DNA of 64,000 nucleotides from Candidatus Poribacteria bacterium (GTDB lineage Bacteria > Poribacteria > WGA-4E > WGA-3G). Positions 1 to 10,699 of this stretch are shown here, in pieces (within the stretch, counting starts at the first letter, position 1; each line of letters opens with the position of its first letter). The position numbers and the translations under genes are program-made. The notes under the pieces are model-generated. The model did not search any database and was not told the DNA's origin. It saw only the letters and a list, made by a program, of their open reading frames with translations. The DNA lies in NCBI GenBank assembly GCA_965198235.1, contig OZ240248.1, positions 3,744,001 to 3,808,000 on the forward strand, in the 5' to 3' direction.

Positions 1-404
1 CGCCCGCGTTTGGAGAAAATCCAAAGCACGTGGGAATACCAGAATCCGTGTTTAACTGGAGAGTGTACATCTTGTTCTGTGTCGGAGTACTTATGGTGCT
101 CACGATGTTTTGCTGCCCACCAAAGTACGCTGCGTTGTGCTGAACTCTGACCCAAGAATGCCAGAAAAAATTGGAATCCGCGGCTTGTTTTGAATGAGCG
201 GTGCGAAAAATAACGATGAAATCCAGCAGTAATTCCAAACATGCGGATAACATACAATGCGCCACATATAATCCAATCGATGGGTTGAATGTCCACCCAG
301 AAAATCGCAAAACAGGCAAGGTGAACCATTAGGAAAGGCAGGACGCGTGGATGAATAATGTCCTCCTCATGGGAAGGACCCGAAATCTCTGTTTCTGTAG
401 ACAC
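1..404 (-). CDS. Acyl-CoA (Delta-9-type) fatty acid desaturase, 5' part (runs off the window start)
   Basis: Manual translation from GTG at 404 gives ...GITAGFHRYFSHRSFKTSR...WWAAKHREHHKYSDTEQDVHSPVKHGFWYSH, with the His boxes of membrane desaturases. Confidence 0.85.
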   Translation of the reverse strand, partial: MSTETEISGPSHEEDIIHPRVLPFLMVHLACFAIFWVDIQPIDWIICGALYVIRMFGITAGFHRYFSHRSFKTSRGFQFFLAFLGQSSAQRSVLWWAAKHREHHKYSDTEQDVHSPVKHGFWYSHVLWIFSKRG

Positions 405-704
405 TATTGTTATGTTCCTTTTGCTTTTAGCTTTCTCGCATAACGACTATGTTTTGCGGCGTTGAAAATTTACCCGTACACATCGGCGACATATCTTAAC
501 GGAAACCGCAGTTATTGATGAAATGTTGGAGCCAAGAAATACCACATTTTGCCAAAAAAGCGATTTTTTATGCTTGCTTCCTTACAGATCTTCCAATTGA
601 GGGGTGACTGTCGTTCGAGGTATTGAGGTGAATATTTGTAAATTTCAAATTAATTATAGGGCGAGGCACAGATCGCCTCACTCTACAATGTGAGTCGGTC
701 GGTT

Positions 705-2498
705 CTATTGCTTTTCACGCAGACGTGCTTCTAACGCTGCCAATTCATCGGATAACGCTTCAGGTAGTGTTTCCTCAAAGCGTGCGTAATGTTCCCGAAT
801 GGATTCAATTTCATTGAGCCATTCTTCGACATCGACGTTCAGGAGTTCTCCCATCTGGTCGTCCGCTACGTCTAATCCACTGGTATCAATAGCACCGGAT
901 GCGGGTAGGTAACCGATCGGTGTTTCAACAGCCTCGCCTTTGCCAGTGACACGTTCCACGATCCACTTAAGCACGCGACTGTTTTCGCCGAAGCCGGGCC
1001 AGAGCCATCCGCCGTCAGCGTCTTTGCGGAACCAATTGACGTAGAAAATCTTCGGCAATTTGCTGGCTTCGGTATTTTTGCCCATCTCCAGCCAGTGTGC
1101 AAAGTAATCGCCCATGTTGTAGCCACAGAACGGAAGCATCGCCATCGGATCGCGTCGAAGTTCACCGACTGTACCAGCAGCAGCCGCTGTGCGTTCGGAG
1201 GAAGCAATAGAGCCGATAAAGGTGCCGTGCTGCCAGTCAAACGTTTCAAACACGAGCGGGACGGTAGTGGCACGTCGTCCACCGAAAAGGATCGCCGAGA
1301 TTGGGACACCGTTCGGATTCTCCCAATTCGGGTCGATAATCGGGCATTGCGCCGCGGGGGTGGTATAGCGAGCATTCGGGTGTGCTGCGGTTTTTTCATC
1401 ACCAGGGTGCCACTCTTCACCGAGCCAACTTGTGAGCGTTTCGGGTGGATCTTCGCTCATCTCTTCCCACCAGACATCGGTATCCTCTGTGAGGGCGGCA
1501 TTCGTGAAGATCGAGTTTGATGCGAGCGTGTGCATCGCATTCGGGTTGGTATCCATTGACGTGCCGGGGGCAACACCGAAAAAGCCTGCTTCGGGGTTGA
1601 TAGCGTAGAGCCTTCCGTCTTCACCGAATTTCATCCATGCGATGTCGTCGCCGATGGTCTCAGCTTTCCAACCGGGTAGGGTTGGCGTGAGCATCGCGAG
1701 GTTCGTCTTACCACAGGCACTTGGGAACGCTGCAGCGATGTAAGTTTTCTCGCCTTCCGGACTCGTTAATCCCAAAATGAGCATGTGTTCTGCCATCCAT
1801 CCATCGTTTTTCGCCATGATAGAGGCGATACGGAGGGCATAGCATTTTTTACCGAGCAGCGCGTTCCCACCATAGCCGCTACCGTAGGACCAGATGGAAC
1901 GTTCCTCGGGAAAATGTACGATGTATTTGTTATCCGAGTCGCAGGGCCAGACAACATCAGTTTGTCCGGGTTCCAATGGCATTCCGACGGAATGTAAACA
2001 CGGCACAAAGTCGCCGTCTTCGCCTAAGACCTCTAATACAGCACTACCCATGCGTGTCATAATCCGCATGTTGACAACGACGTAAGGTGAATCGCTGATT
2101 TCAACGCCGATATGTGAGATAGGTGAACCGAGTGGTCCCATACTGAACGGCACGACGTACATCGTCCTGCCTTTCATGCAACCCTTGAAAAGTCCTTTGA
2201 GGGTTTCTTTCATCTCGTTGGGGTCGTGCCAGTTGTTTGTCGGTCCAGCTTCAAGCGGCGTTTTCGCGCAGATGAACGTTCGATCTTCAACGCGTGCGAC
2301 ATCGGCAGGATTGGAATGCGCCAGGTAACTCCCTGGGCGTTTTTCGGGATCCAAGCGAACGAATGTCCCTTTTTGAACTAATTCTTCGCACAGTCGATCG
2401 TTTTCTTCTTGAGAACCGTCACACCAATAGATAGAATCGGGTTGACAAAGCGCAGCGGCTTCTTCGACCCAACTCTGTAATTTCTTGTTTTTGGTCAT
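705..2498 (-). CDS. pckG: Phosphoenolpyruvate carboxykinase (GTP)
   Basis: Motifs [30 protein letters not shown]; 597 aa. Confidence 0.97.
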   Translation of the reverse strand: MTKNKKLQSWVEEAAALCQPDSIYWCDGSQEENDRLCEELVQKGTFVRLDPEKRPGSYLAHSNPADVARVEDRTFICAKTPLEAGPTNNWHDPNEMKETLKGLFKGCMKGRTMYVVPFSMGPLGSPISHIGVEISDSPYVVVNMRIMTRMGSAVLEVLGEDGDFVPCLHSVGMPLEPGQTDVVWPCDSDNKYIVHFPEERSIWSYGSGYGGNALLGKKCYALRIASIMAKNDGWMAEHMLILGLTSPEGEKTYIAAAFPSACGKTNLAMLTPTLPGWKAETIGDDIAWMKFGEDGRLYAINPEAGFFGVAPGTSMDTNPNAMHTLASNSIFTNAALTEDTDVWWEEMSEDPPETLTSWLGEEWHPGDEKTAAHPNARYTTPAAQCPIIDPNWENPNGVPISAILFGGRRATTVPLVFETFDWQHGTFIGSIASSERTAAAAGTVGELRRDPMAMLPFCGYNMGDYFAHWLEMGKNTEASKLPKIFYVNWFRKDADGGWLWPGFGENSRVLKWIVERVTGKGEAVETPIGYLPASGAIDTSGLDVADDQMGELLNVDVEEWLNEIESIREHYARFEETLPEALSDELAALEARLREKQ

Positions 2499-2587
2499 TT
2501 AAACCTCCAGTTATTGAATATGCTTGTTATTGCTCCGTATATAATTGTATAACATATTTCCTTACCTTGCAAATTAAAAGGTAGACG

Positions 2588-4525
2588 CTAAAACGCCGCG
2601 CCAAGGTTAACGTGGATTTTCCCTCGCAATAGGGAGTCTCCTGCCGCGAGACCATAATTGATACGTAAGATACCGCCTCTTGATTCAAGTCGCGCCCCAA
2701 ATCCGTAGCCGACGCGGAGTGTATCAAAAACGGATGGGGTTTCAATCAAGGTTACAGCACCTAAATCGGTAAAGACAAAGATTTGCGAATCAGGTCCGAC
2801 GAGAAATCGGTATTCGAGGTTGGCATACACACGCCGCGGTCCAGAAAACCAATCTTCATCGTACCCGCGCAAAGTGGTCGCACCACCGAGATAGAAAAGT
2901 TCGGTTGGCGGGATATTAACACCCCATGCAGCGGCACCGTGGAGTTCAACGGCAACAGTCTGTTTCCGCCATGTTGGGAAATATTGTTGTAGAGAAAGCC
3001 ATGCTTTTCGGAGACGAAAATCACTCCGTGACACTTCAAAGGCGACGCTATCACGCCGTCCGCGTGTCGGATTCAGAAAATAGTCACGGGTATCCCGTGT
3101 CAACCGGAGTGTGACGCTGTATTTCGTGCCGATGTATGGCGTAGGTTCGGTGGGTGAAATAGCGCGTGGATCGGAGAAGATCGGCGTTTGGGTCTCAAAA
3201 GAAGGTGTTGTCACTGAAGGTAAACCAACATTTGGCACGTTGATCCGTTTATATCCCAACGCCATAATCCCTTCAAAGACGCGTCCGAAGTTCGTTGTTG
3301 CGCTCACGCTACCTGACTGTTCTTCGGAAACGGTTTCTGAGGCATTATCAGGAAAACCTTGGAGTTGTCCTCTATCGGGATTGCGTTGTTTGAGCTGCCC
3401 GTATTCTATGCCGACGGTTAGCGGTTTGCCAAATATCCACGGTTCTGCGTAGCCGAGTCGTAAGATCTTTAGCAGACCGGATTTCCAATAGAGGTTAACC
3501 TGTCTTCCCGTTCCTAACAGGTTGGTTTCTCGGGCTTCAAGCACGCCAGTGAGTTGTGGTGCAGCGTCAACGTCTGAATCTGGTGGGGCATATCCGATAA
3601 CCCCGCTCAGTTGCCCTGTTCGGGCTTCGGTTACTCGCGCGTGAAAATTGATCCTATCTTCTGTTTCACCCGCTTCCAACACATTCGGATTAACTTGATA
3701 GAAATATCCCAAATTTCGTAAGCGACGATAACTTGTGTCAATGTCACGCTGTTTGAAGTTTTGGTGTGGTTTCACGCGGATTTCCCTAAGGACTACCTCA
3801 GTTTTCGTTTTCTTCAGTCCGCTTACCTTGACTTCACCAATCCGGACCTGTGCCCCTTCCCTGATGTGTAACTCAAAATTGATGGTGCCTGTTTCTGGCA
3901 AAAGTTGAATATTCTTAGGTTCAATCTCAACTTTCGGATATCCGTGTTCACTGTATAATGCTTGAGTGCGTTCAATTCCCTGTTCCAACACCGCCTGTAT
4001 AAAAAGTTGTCCCTCTTTTATGCCGAGTTGATCTCGAATTTCGTCTACTGAAAAGCATTGATTTCCCGACACTGTTAACGTCCCAATGCGGAGTTGTTTG
4101 CCTTCAACAATTTCTACCGTGATAGACACAGACGTTTCACCGTTGACATGTCCAGATCCAGAAATCACTGTGATGTTGGAAGATGTTTCTGCGAAAATAA
4201 AGCCTGCGTCCCGATACTCTGCTACGATGCGTTCAAACCCTTCTATAATTTCCTCACGAGAATAGGGTTTTTCTTCCTTCCATCCGAATAGAGTTATCAG
4301 CTTTTTCTCATTTAAATGTGCATTCCCAGTGAAACGGAGTTGGCGAATACGATAGTATGAGTGTGTTGTCTCCTCTGTTTCGTTGTCCGGTATTATTGCA
4401 TTTTCTGAAGAGGTGCTCTGGTCCAGATCCTCTGATCCATACAACAGTGTTTGCGGATGACTCGTTAAACAAAAGAGTAAACCACTAAAAATAAGTATGA
4501 ACTGTGGAAGTTGGGGTCTATACAT
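2588..4525 (-). CDS. Omp85 (BamA/TamA-family) outer-membrane protein with about 3 POTRA domains
   Basis: Signal peptide, POTRA-like repeats, NLLGTGR, LGGATTLRGY loop-6 motif, C-terminal Phe. Confidence 0.88.
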   Translation of the reverse strand: MYRPQLPQFILIFSGLLFCLTSHPQTLLYGSEDLDQSTSSENAIIPDNETEETTHSYYRIRQLRFTGNAHLNEKKLITLFGWKEEKPYSREEIIEGFERIVAEYRDAGFIFAETSSNITVISGSGHVNGETSVSITVEIVEGKQLRIGTLTVSGNQCFSVDEIRDQLGIKEGQLFIQAVLEQGIERTQALYSEHGYPKVEIEPKNIQLLPETGTINFELHIREGAQVRIGEVKVSGLKKTKTEVVLREIRVKPHQNFKQRDIDTSYRRLRNLGYFYQVNPNVLEAGETEDRINFHARVTEARTGQLSGVIGYAPPDSDVDAAPQLTGVLEARETNLLGTGRQVNLYWKSGLLKILRLGYAEPWIFGKPLTVGIEYGQLKQRNPDRGQLQGFPDNASETVSEEQSGSVSATTNFGRVFEGIMALGYKRINVPNVGLPSVTTPSFETQTPIFSDPRAISPTEPTPYIGTKYSVTLRLTRDTRDYFLNPTRGRRDSVAFEVSRSDFRLRKAWLSLQQYFPTWRKQTVAVELHGAAAWGVNIPPTELFYLGGATTLRGYDEDWFSGPRRVYANLEYRFLVGPDSQIFVFTDLGAVTLIETPSVFDTLRVGYGFGARLESRGGILRINYGLAAGDSLLRGKIHVNLGAAF

Positions 4526-4809
4526 CTATTCTCTCCATTAGATAAGTGCCTATGCTATCGTAAATAATTTTAACATGCACGCTACGCTACAGGCAAACCC
4601 GTGCTTCTACAGATTTTTTCCTGATTGCGACAATGTGAGAAATCAATCTTCAGTTAAACGCAATATTTTGGTGAACAAGAAAAAAATTTGATAAAAATTT
4701 GAATTTATGGTATCATAATTAGTAAGAGTCGCTAAATTTATAAATTATTCAAAGAAATTTTGGCAATATGGGCATGAAAGTTACGCCCACAAGGAGATAG
4801 ATATATATT

Positions 4810-6792
4810 ATGCCAAATGCCTTATTTGTTTATCCTAAATTCCCGCCATCCTATTGGGGCTTTAAGTACGCTTTAGAATTTCTTGGTAAAAAATCATCGA
4901 TGCCCCCGCTTGGATTGTTGACGATCGCTGGTATGTTCCCCAAGAATTATAACCTTAAAGTCGTCGATATAAACATTGAACCGTTGACGGATGCGCATCT
5001 CGAATGGGCGGATGTAGTGTTGACATCGACAATGATTGTTCAAAAAGATTCTCTTTATGATGTTGCCGAACGCTGTAATCGAGCAGGGGTCCCTATCATT
5101 GCTGGCGGACCGCACCCGACCTCCTACTACGATAATATCAAAGAGGAAACCGATGCTGAGATTGACCATTTTCTCTTTGGTGAAGTTGAAGAGAGCTTTG
5201 AAGAGTTCTTAACCGATTTTGAGAGTGGTAGTGCGCAAGAGATCTATCGTGAGAAGCGGAAACCGGATATCACGATGACACCACCGCCCCGCTACGACCT
5301 TATCGATATTAATGCTTACGGGTCAATGGCACTCCAGTTTTCGCGTGGGTGTCCTTTCAATTGCGAATTTTGCGACATTACGAAGTTGTTCGGGCGCGTG
5401 CCACGCACTAAAAGCAATGAACAGATGCTTGCTGAGTTTGAACTTCTCTATAAACTCGGTTGGGATGGTGCGATGTTTGTTGTTGATGATAATTTTATCG
5501 GTAACAAGCGCGATGCAATGCGTTTACTTCCCGCTGTGAAGCAGTGGCAAGAGGAACGCCAATTCCCCTTCTCGCTCTACACCGAAGCCAGCGTAAACCT
5601 CGTCGAAATCCCTGAGATGCTCGACGCAATGAGCGACGCAGGATTTAACATGGTATTCCTCGGTATCGAAAGTCCAAATGATGAAGCACTCCTCACCACC
5701 TCCAAAGGACAGAACACCAGCAAAGAGGAGGCGGCAGGTAGTTACCTCTTGCGTGCAATTAGGGAGATACAGAGCAAGGGGATGGAGGTCACAGGTGGAT
5801 TTATTATCGGGCTTGATGGTGATACTGAATTTGATTCTCACATCAATTTTATTCAGGAAGCCGGTATACCTATGGCGATGGCAGGTCTGCTGACGGCTTT
5901 GAAGGAGACCGACCTTTGGCACCGATTGAAACAGGAAGATCGGTTGCTTGTGGAATCCAGCGGAAATAATACCGACATGAGCCTCAATTTTGTCCCTGAA
6001 ATGCCGCGCGAGGAACTCCTATCGGAGTATCGGCGTGTCGTTTCAACGCTCTATGATCCGACCTTAAAGAACTATTTTGCCCGATGTTTGACCTTGCTTG
6101 AGCATATGCCTCAGACATCACACAACGTCCGATCGATTAAGAAAGAAGAACTGCTCGCATTTCTTCGGTCGATCCAGCAGCAGCTTTTCTCCAGGCAGGG
6201 ATTGGAGTACGCACGATATTTGCTGAAGACATTCAAAGACTATCCTAAGATGTTCCCGGAAGCCGTGCGATTGGCGATCATGGGTTACCATTTGGAAAAG
6301 ACGACGCGTCATACCATCGCTGTTGAGGATTTCAGAAACTTCTTGGCTCACGAAATGGATACGTTTAAGGAGAAGATTTCGCCCTTTGAACAGGCTCAAG
6401 GCGATCGGATGAATGAGATTCAGAACTATTCGCGGCAACTCTTTGCACGCGTGAAGAAGGAATACGATTCGATTCACGAGGATTTCCGATACGCGGCGCA
6501 CAGCGCACTTGCCGGTTTTCAGAAATCGGTGTTCAAGGAATACTTGGACGCGGAACTCGATGCTTTTAAAGCGGCTGTCAGCACTTTCGCAAAGGCGCAG
6601 ACTGAGAGACTCGGTGAACTCCAAACGTATATTCACAATCTCTTTACCCGCGTTCGTGCCCAACACGAGCAACTCCACGACGATTTCAAGCAGAACGCCC
6701 AAGAAACCTTTGACGCTTTCCATGACTCCGTCCAGCGGCATTTAGAACAACTCTTCGGTTCTGTTCCTGTACAGATTGAAGGACTCAGTTAA
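4810..6792 (+). CDS. B12-binding radical SAM protein (DUF4070-type) with a duplicated helical C-terminal extension
   Basis: PPLGLLT N-terminus, GGPHPT cobalamin-domain motif, SRGCPFNCEFC (CxxxCxxC). Confidence 0.88.
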   Translation: MPNALFVYPKFPPSYWGFKYALEFLGKKSSMPPLGLLTIAGMFPKNYNLKVVDINIEPLTDAHLEWADVVLTSTMIVQKDSLYDVAERCNRAGVPIIAGGPHPTSYYDNIKEETDAEIDHFLFGEVEESFEEFLTDFESGSAQEIYREKRKPDITMTPPPRYDLIDINAYGSMALQFSRGCPFNCEFCDITKLFGRVPRTKSNEQMLAEFELLYKLGWDGAMFVVDDNFIGNKRDAMRLLPAVKQWQEERQFPFSLYTEASVNLVEIPEMLDAMSDAGFNMVFLGIESPNDEALLTTSKGQNTSKEEAAGSYLLRAIREIQSKGMEVTGGFIIGLDGDTEFDSHINFIQEAGIPMAMAGLLTALKETDLWHRLKQEDRLLVESSGNNTDMSLNFVPEMPREELLSEYRRVVSTLYDPTLKNYFARCLTLLEHMPQTSHNVRSIKKEELLAFLRSIQQQLFSRQGLEYARYLLKTFKDYPKMFPEAVRLAIMGYHLEKTTRHTIAVEDFRNFLAHEMDTFKEKISPFEQAQGDRMNEIQNYSRQLFARVKKEYDSIHEDFRYAAHSALAGFQKSVFKEYLDAELDAFKAAVSTFAKAQTERLGELQTYIHNLFTRVRAQHEQLHDDFKQNAQETFDAFHDSVQRHLEQLFGSVPVQIEGLS

Positions 6793-6799
6793 TCAGACC

Positions 6800-8374
6800 A
6801 TGGCGTCTATTGAGATAGAGTATCTCGGTTTTACCTATCCGAGTCGTGAGACTCCGACGCTGCACGGGATTACGACGCGTGTGCCTTCCGGAGCGTTTGT
6901 GCTACTGACGGGTCCAACAGGGTGTGGCAAGTCGACTTTGCTGCGGACACTAAACGGTTTGATTCCGCATGCTTCGGCAGGAACGCTCACTGGAACGGTG
7001 CGTCTTAACGATAAGGCCATCGCTGCACAACCCCTCGCGACTACGTGTCAGCAGGTCGCGCTTCTCTTCCAAAATCCCGACGATCAACTCTTTTGCACGC
7101 GAGTCGAGGACGAAATCGCCTTTGGACTCGAAAATCTCGGTTTCCCTCCCGAAAAAATTAAAGAACGGATTGCTGTTGCCTTGAAACAGGTAGGACTCCC
7201 GGACTTTGCCTCACGGGAGATCTCATCGCTTTCTGGTGGTCAAAAACAGCGCGTTGCTCTTGCTGCTGTCTGTGCGATGCAACCACAAGTGCTGCTGTTA
7301 GATGAGCCAACGAGCCATCTTGATCCACAGGGAACACATGACATCCTCACTATCGTCACGCAGTTGAATAGGGAGTTGGGGATAACGATTATTTTGGCAA
7401 CGCATCGAACCAAGGAAGTTGCCACGCTGTGTGACCATGTATGGCTGATGGACGAAGGACGGCTCTGCCTGGATTTGCCTGAAGCGGAAGCGTTTCAGGA
7501 TCTCACGCCATATCAGCGTTTGGGTGTGCAGGTTCCGAAAACCGAGGAATCCTCAGTAGACGCATCGTTATCGAGCCCTTCAACTGTATCGGCTAAAAGT
7601 GTTCACGAGTCAACATCTCAGACCTCTCTCCTCAGCATCCGCGAAATCCAATTCAGTTATCCGAACACCGATGAGGATGCGGTGCGTTCAATTTCCTGCG
7701 AGGTGCCGCGTGGAGAGGTTCTCGCTATCATGGGCGCGAACGGTTCTGGTAAAACGACATTGATCCATCTCATCGCGGGATTGCTGCGTCCGACGACAGG
7801 GGAGGTTGTCATTGCCGGGAAATCGTCCAGTCGTCCGAAGCTTCATCAATTGGCAGGTAAAATCGGTATCGTTTTTCAAGATCCAGACCTATTGCTACAG
7901 GCGGAGACGGTTCGCGATGAGGTCGCGTTTGGTCCCAAAAACCTCAAATTCCCTGCACAGACCCTCGAAAATAGGGTTAATAGAATACTTGAGCGATTTG
8001 ATTTACGGGATATTGACTTAGAGGCACCGTATTCGCTGTCTCGAGGACAACGCCAACGGACTGCTGTCGCGGCAACTTTTTCTCTGCACCCTGAGCTTTT
8101 CCTCCTTGATGAACCCACCACGGGTCAAGATGCTCAACATCTCCACCAGTTGATGGACGAACTCTGCGATGAAATCCGGCGCGAAAATAAAACCCTCATT
8201 TTTGCAACACACGACACAGAACTCACCCTAAAATATGCTGACCGTGTCCTCTTATTGCGCGACGGTAAAGTAATTTTCGATGGCGCGCCTGATTCCGCTT
8301 TTACAAATCCTGAGCTCCTACAGCGGGCATCGCTCCTCGCTCAGCTCCCAACCGCAGTAAATGCGGTTTCCTAA
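6800..8374 (+). CDS. ECF-type ABC transporter ATPase with two fused ATPase domains
   Basis: Two Walker A motifs (GPTGCGKS, GANGSGKT), FQNPDDQL/FQDPDLLL Q-loops, LSGGQKQR/LSRGQRQR signatures. Confidence 0.9.
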   Translation: MASIEIEYLGFTYPSRETPTLHGITTRVPSGAFVLLTGPTGCGKSTLLRTLNGLIPHASAGTLTGTVRLNDKAIAAQPLATTCQQVALLFQNPDDQLFCTRVEDEIAFGLENLGFPPEKIKERIAVALKQVGLPDFASREISSLSGGQKQRVALAAVCAMQPQVLLLDEPTSHLDPQGTHDILTIVTQLNRELGITIILATHRTKEVATLCDHVWLMDEGRLCLDLPEAEAFQDLTPYQRLGVQVPKTEESSVDASLSSPSTVSAKSVHESTSQTSLLSIREIQFSYPNTDEDAVRSISCEVPRGEVLAIMGANGSGKTTLIHLIAGLLRPTTGEVVIAGKSSSRPKLHQLAGKIGIVFQDPDLLLQAETVRDEVAFGPKNLKFPAQTLENRVNRILERFDLRDIDLEAPYSLSRGQRQRTAVAATFSLHPELFLLDEPTTGQDAQHLHQLMDELCDEIRRENKTLIFATHDTELTLKYADRVLLLRDGKVIFDGAPDSAFTNPELLQRASLLAQLPTAVNAVS

Positions 8375-8561
8375 CCGCACCGGATCTGCCCAAGCATCTT
8401 CCATTAATTGATTAGTCCCAAGGCACTTCTCTACTCACGGGCAAAGTTTGTAACCAGCGAATCTTCTGATGTATAGATAGTTCATAAATCGCCTTGATCG
8501 GAGAAATATACTTGATAGCCATCATCGAATATGCTATACTTGAGTTGAAAGGAGGGCTTGC

Positions 8562-9317
8562 ATGATTACCCGACAAGAGATTCAATCTACATGTGATGAC
8601 ATCGTGCGTGAATTCGCACCGCTACAAGTTATTCTTTTTGGCTCCTATGCTTATGGTACGCCAACAGAGGACTCGGATGTAGATCTGCTCGTCGTGATGC
8701 CTGTTCCAAAATCGGAATTTATCCGTAAAGCAATTGAGATTCGACAACGTATTCCCTATCGTTTCGGTATGGATCTCTTGGTTCGATCGCCGGAAGAGAT
8801 TGCCTATCGTGTCTCGTATAACGATTGGTTTCTTCGCGAGATTACTGAAAAAGGTGAGCTGCTCCATGGTTCTAACACACACAACAATATAGGAAACCCA
8901 CCACACACGCCGAACCCTGTCAAAAAGGAGAAGGACTGCATGAACCCGCTGACGCTGGAATGGATAGAGAAGGCTGAAGAAGATTATAATACAGCAAAGT
9001 GGCTTCAGCAATCACCTAATCCGGTCTATAATTCTATTTGCTTTCATGCCCAACAGTGTATTGAAAAATACCTCAAGGTATGGTTGCAAGAGGCAGACAT
9101 TCCTGTGCCAAGGACCCATAACCTTGAAGAATTGCTGGGGTTGATTGTAACGACGTTGCCTGCTTGGCACGATTGGCAGCCTGATTTTAAAATAATAACG
9201 GCATACGCGGTAGAGTCACGCTATCCTGGAGACTCAGCAACCGCCGACAATGTCCAGCATGCGATGCACATTTGTGATGAAGTACGTCAAGCCGTTCGGA
9301 CACATTTGAAACTATAG
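8562..9317 (+). CDS. Fused MNT (minimal nucleotidyltransferase)-HEPN protein
   Basis: N-terminal GSYAYG...DSDVDLLV; C-terminal FHAQQCIEKYLK, RTHNL, RYP of the HEPN family. Confidence 0.85.
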   Translation: MITRQEIQSTCDDIVREFAPLQVILFGSYAYGTPTEDSDVDLLVVMPVPKSEFIRKAIEIRQRIPYRFGMDLLVRSPEEIAYRVSYNDWFLREITEKGELLHGSNTHNNIGNPPHTPNPVKKEKDCMNPLTLEWIEKAEEDYNTAKWLQQSPNPVYNSICFHAQQCIEKYLKVWLQEADIPVPRTHNLEELLGLIVTTLPAWHDWQPDFKIITAYAVESRYPGDSATADNVQHAMHICDEVRQAVRTHLKL

Positions 9318-9488
9318 TAAAATCGAAAAATATCTCTCACTGCGAGGCAACTTTACGAAACAACATCCCCTCGCATCGCTGGCGAGGTTTCCTGCAGAAA
9401 TCCGCTCGCGGCAAATAAGGTATAATCCGAGTTCATAATCCAATAAGGAGAAAATCAAGTAAAAATAAATACAATTTTTCATGCTTTA

Positions 9489-9917
9489 GTGCTTTTTATG
9501 GCAGTCCTAACTTTCAGCATGCCTTTTGTCACCTTTGCCCAACAGCATTCTATGCAGGCAGAGGCTGTAATCGCTGCTGAACAAGATGCCAATAAAGATG
9601 TGAACAAACCTTTTTGGTTTGGTGCTGGTTGTCTTCTTTCTGGACTCTTCTTTTTGCCGCCTCCGTTTGGTTATATTGTGCCGCCATCTGGTGCTGTTGG
9701 GACCTATTTCTATCGACCGGCACCGTCAGCTTCTCGGTTGATTGGGAAATCGCCTGAATATGTAGACACCTACACATCAGTCTATAAATTAAAAAGAGGG
9801 AATATTCAGGCGCAATGGACATCAGCTGGTTGTCTCAGTGGTTGCGTCATACTTGGGACGATAGCTGTGAGTATACGCATAGGTATTGGACTTGGAGTAG
9901 AAGCTGCAAAACAGTGA
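9489..9917 (+). CDS. Hypothetical exported/membrane protein
   Basis: Signal-like N-terminus and hydrophobic Gly-rich segments; true start uncertain (see findings). Confidence 0.6.
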   Translation: MLFMAVLTFSMPFVTFAQQHSMQAEAVIAAEQDANKDVNKPFWFGAGCLLSGLFFLPPPFGYIVPPSGAVGTYFYRPAPSASRLIGKSPEYVDTYTSVYKLKRGNIQAQWTSAGCLSGCVILGTIAVSIRIGIGLGVEAAKQ

Positions 9918-9979
9918 ACTTGAAAATCAATGTGGTGGCAAGTGCCAGAGGTTTGCCACCACACTGTTCATAGAGATAG

Positions 9980-10699
9980 ATGTTTAAAAACGCTTTATTC
10001 TCCATAACACTCTTGTTTATATTCCTTCTCGTTGATATTCTTTACGCTGCGCCGTTAAAGACCCTCTCCTTGGACTTTACGCGCGAATTAACCGAGAACG
10101 ACAAAACGGAACGCATCTCAGGTACACTTCATTACGACGCAAAAGCGGCACGGGTTGTCGTTGAGGTTAGCGAGCCGCTCAAGCAGATAATGGTCGTGAA
10201 GGATAAGTCGTTAGAGATCTATTACCCTGTAGAGAAACAGGCATTCCGTTTTATCTCTGAAGGACGGATTCCACTCCCGTTTGTTGAATCCATCATTCAG
10301 TCTACACAAGCGGAGTATGGATTGACAGCAATCGGGTATTCTTTGGAAAAGCACGATATCGTAGACGAGATTCTCTATAGCTATTGGAGTCCCCCTAAGA
10401 AAGCGAAAGACCAACTCGGTACTATTATCTTAGGTATGCAGGACGATAGACTTATCTCTGCCGAGGTCAAGAATCCGAAAGGGCATATCATCGCCAGATC
10501 GCACTACCAGAACCACACCAAAGTAGACGTTAACTATGTTCCGATGATGGTTACCTCCAGTACGTATGATGATAACTCCGAAGTACTCCAATACGAACAG
10601 GTTATCTATAGCAACCCACTGGTAAACGTGGATCCACCAAATCCAATACTCAATTTCACAATCCCTGAATCGGTGGAGGTTAAAGAGGTCAAATGGTGA
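9980..10699 (+). CDS. Exported protein, possibly LolA-like fold
   Basis: Signal peptide, beta-rich pattern, C-terminal FTIPESVEV resembling the LolA F-x-x-P-x-x-V ending. Confidence 0.5.
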   Translation: MFKNALFSITLLFIFLLVDILYAAPLKTLSLDFTRELTENDKTERISGTLHYDAKAARVVVEVSEPLKQIMVVKDKSLEIYYPVEKQAFRFISEGRIPLPFVESIIQSTQAEYGLTAIGYSLEKHDIVDEILYSYWSPPKKAKDQLGTIILGMQDDRLISAEVKNPKGHIIARSHYQNHTKVDVNYVPMMVTSSTYDDNSEVLQYEQVIYSNPLVNVDPPNPILNFTIPESVEVKEVKW

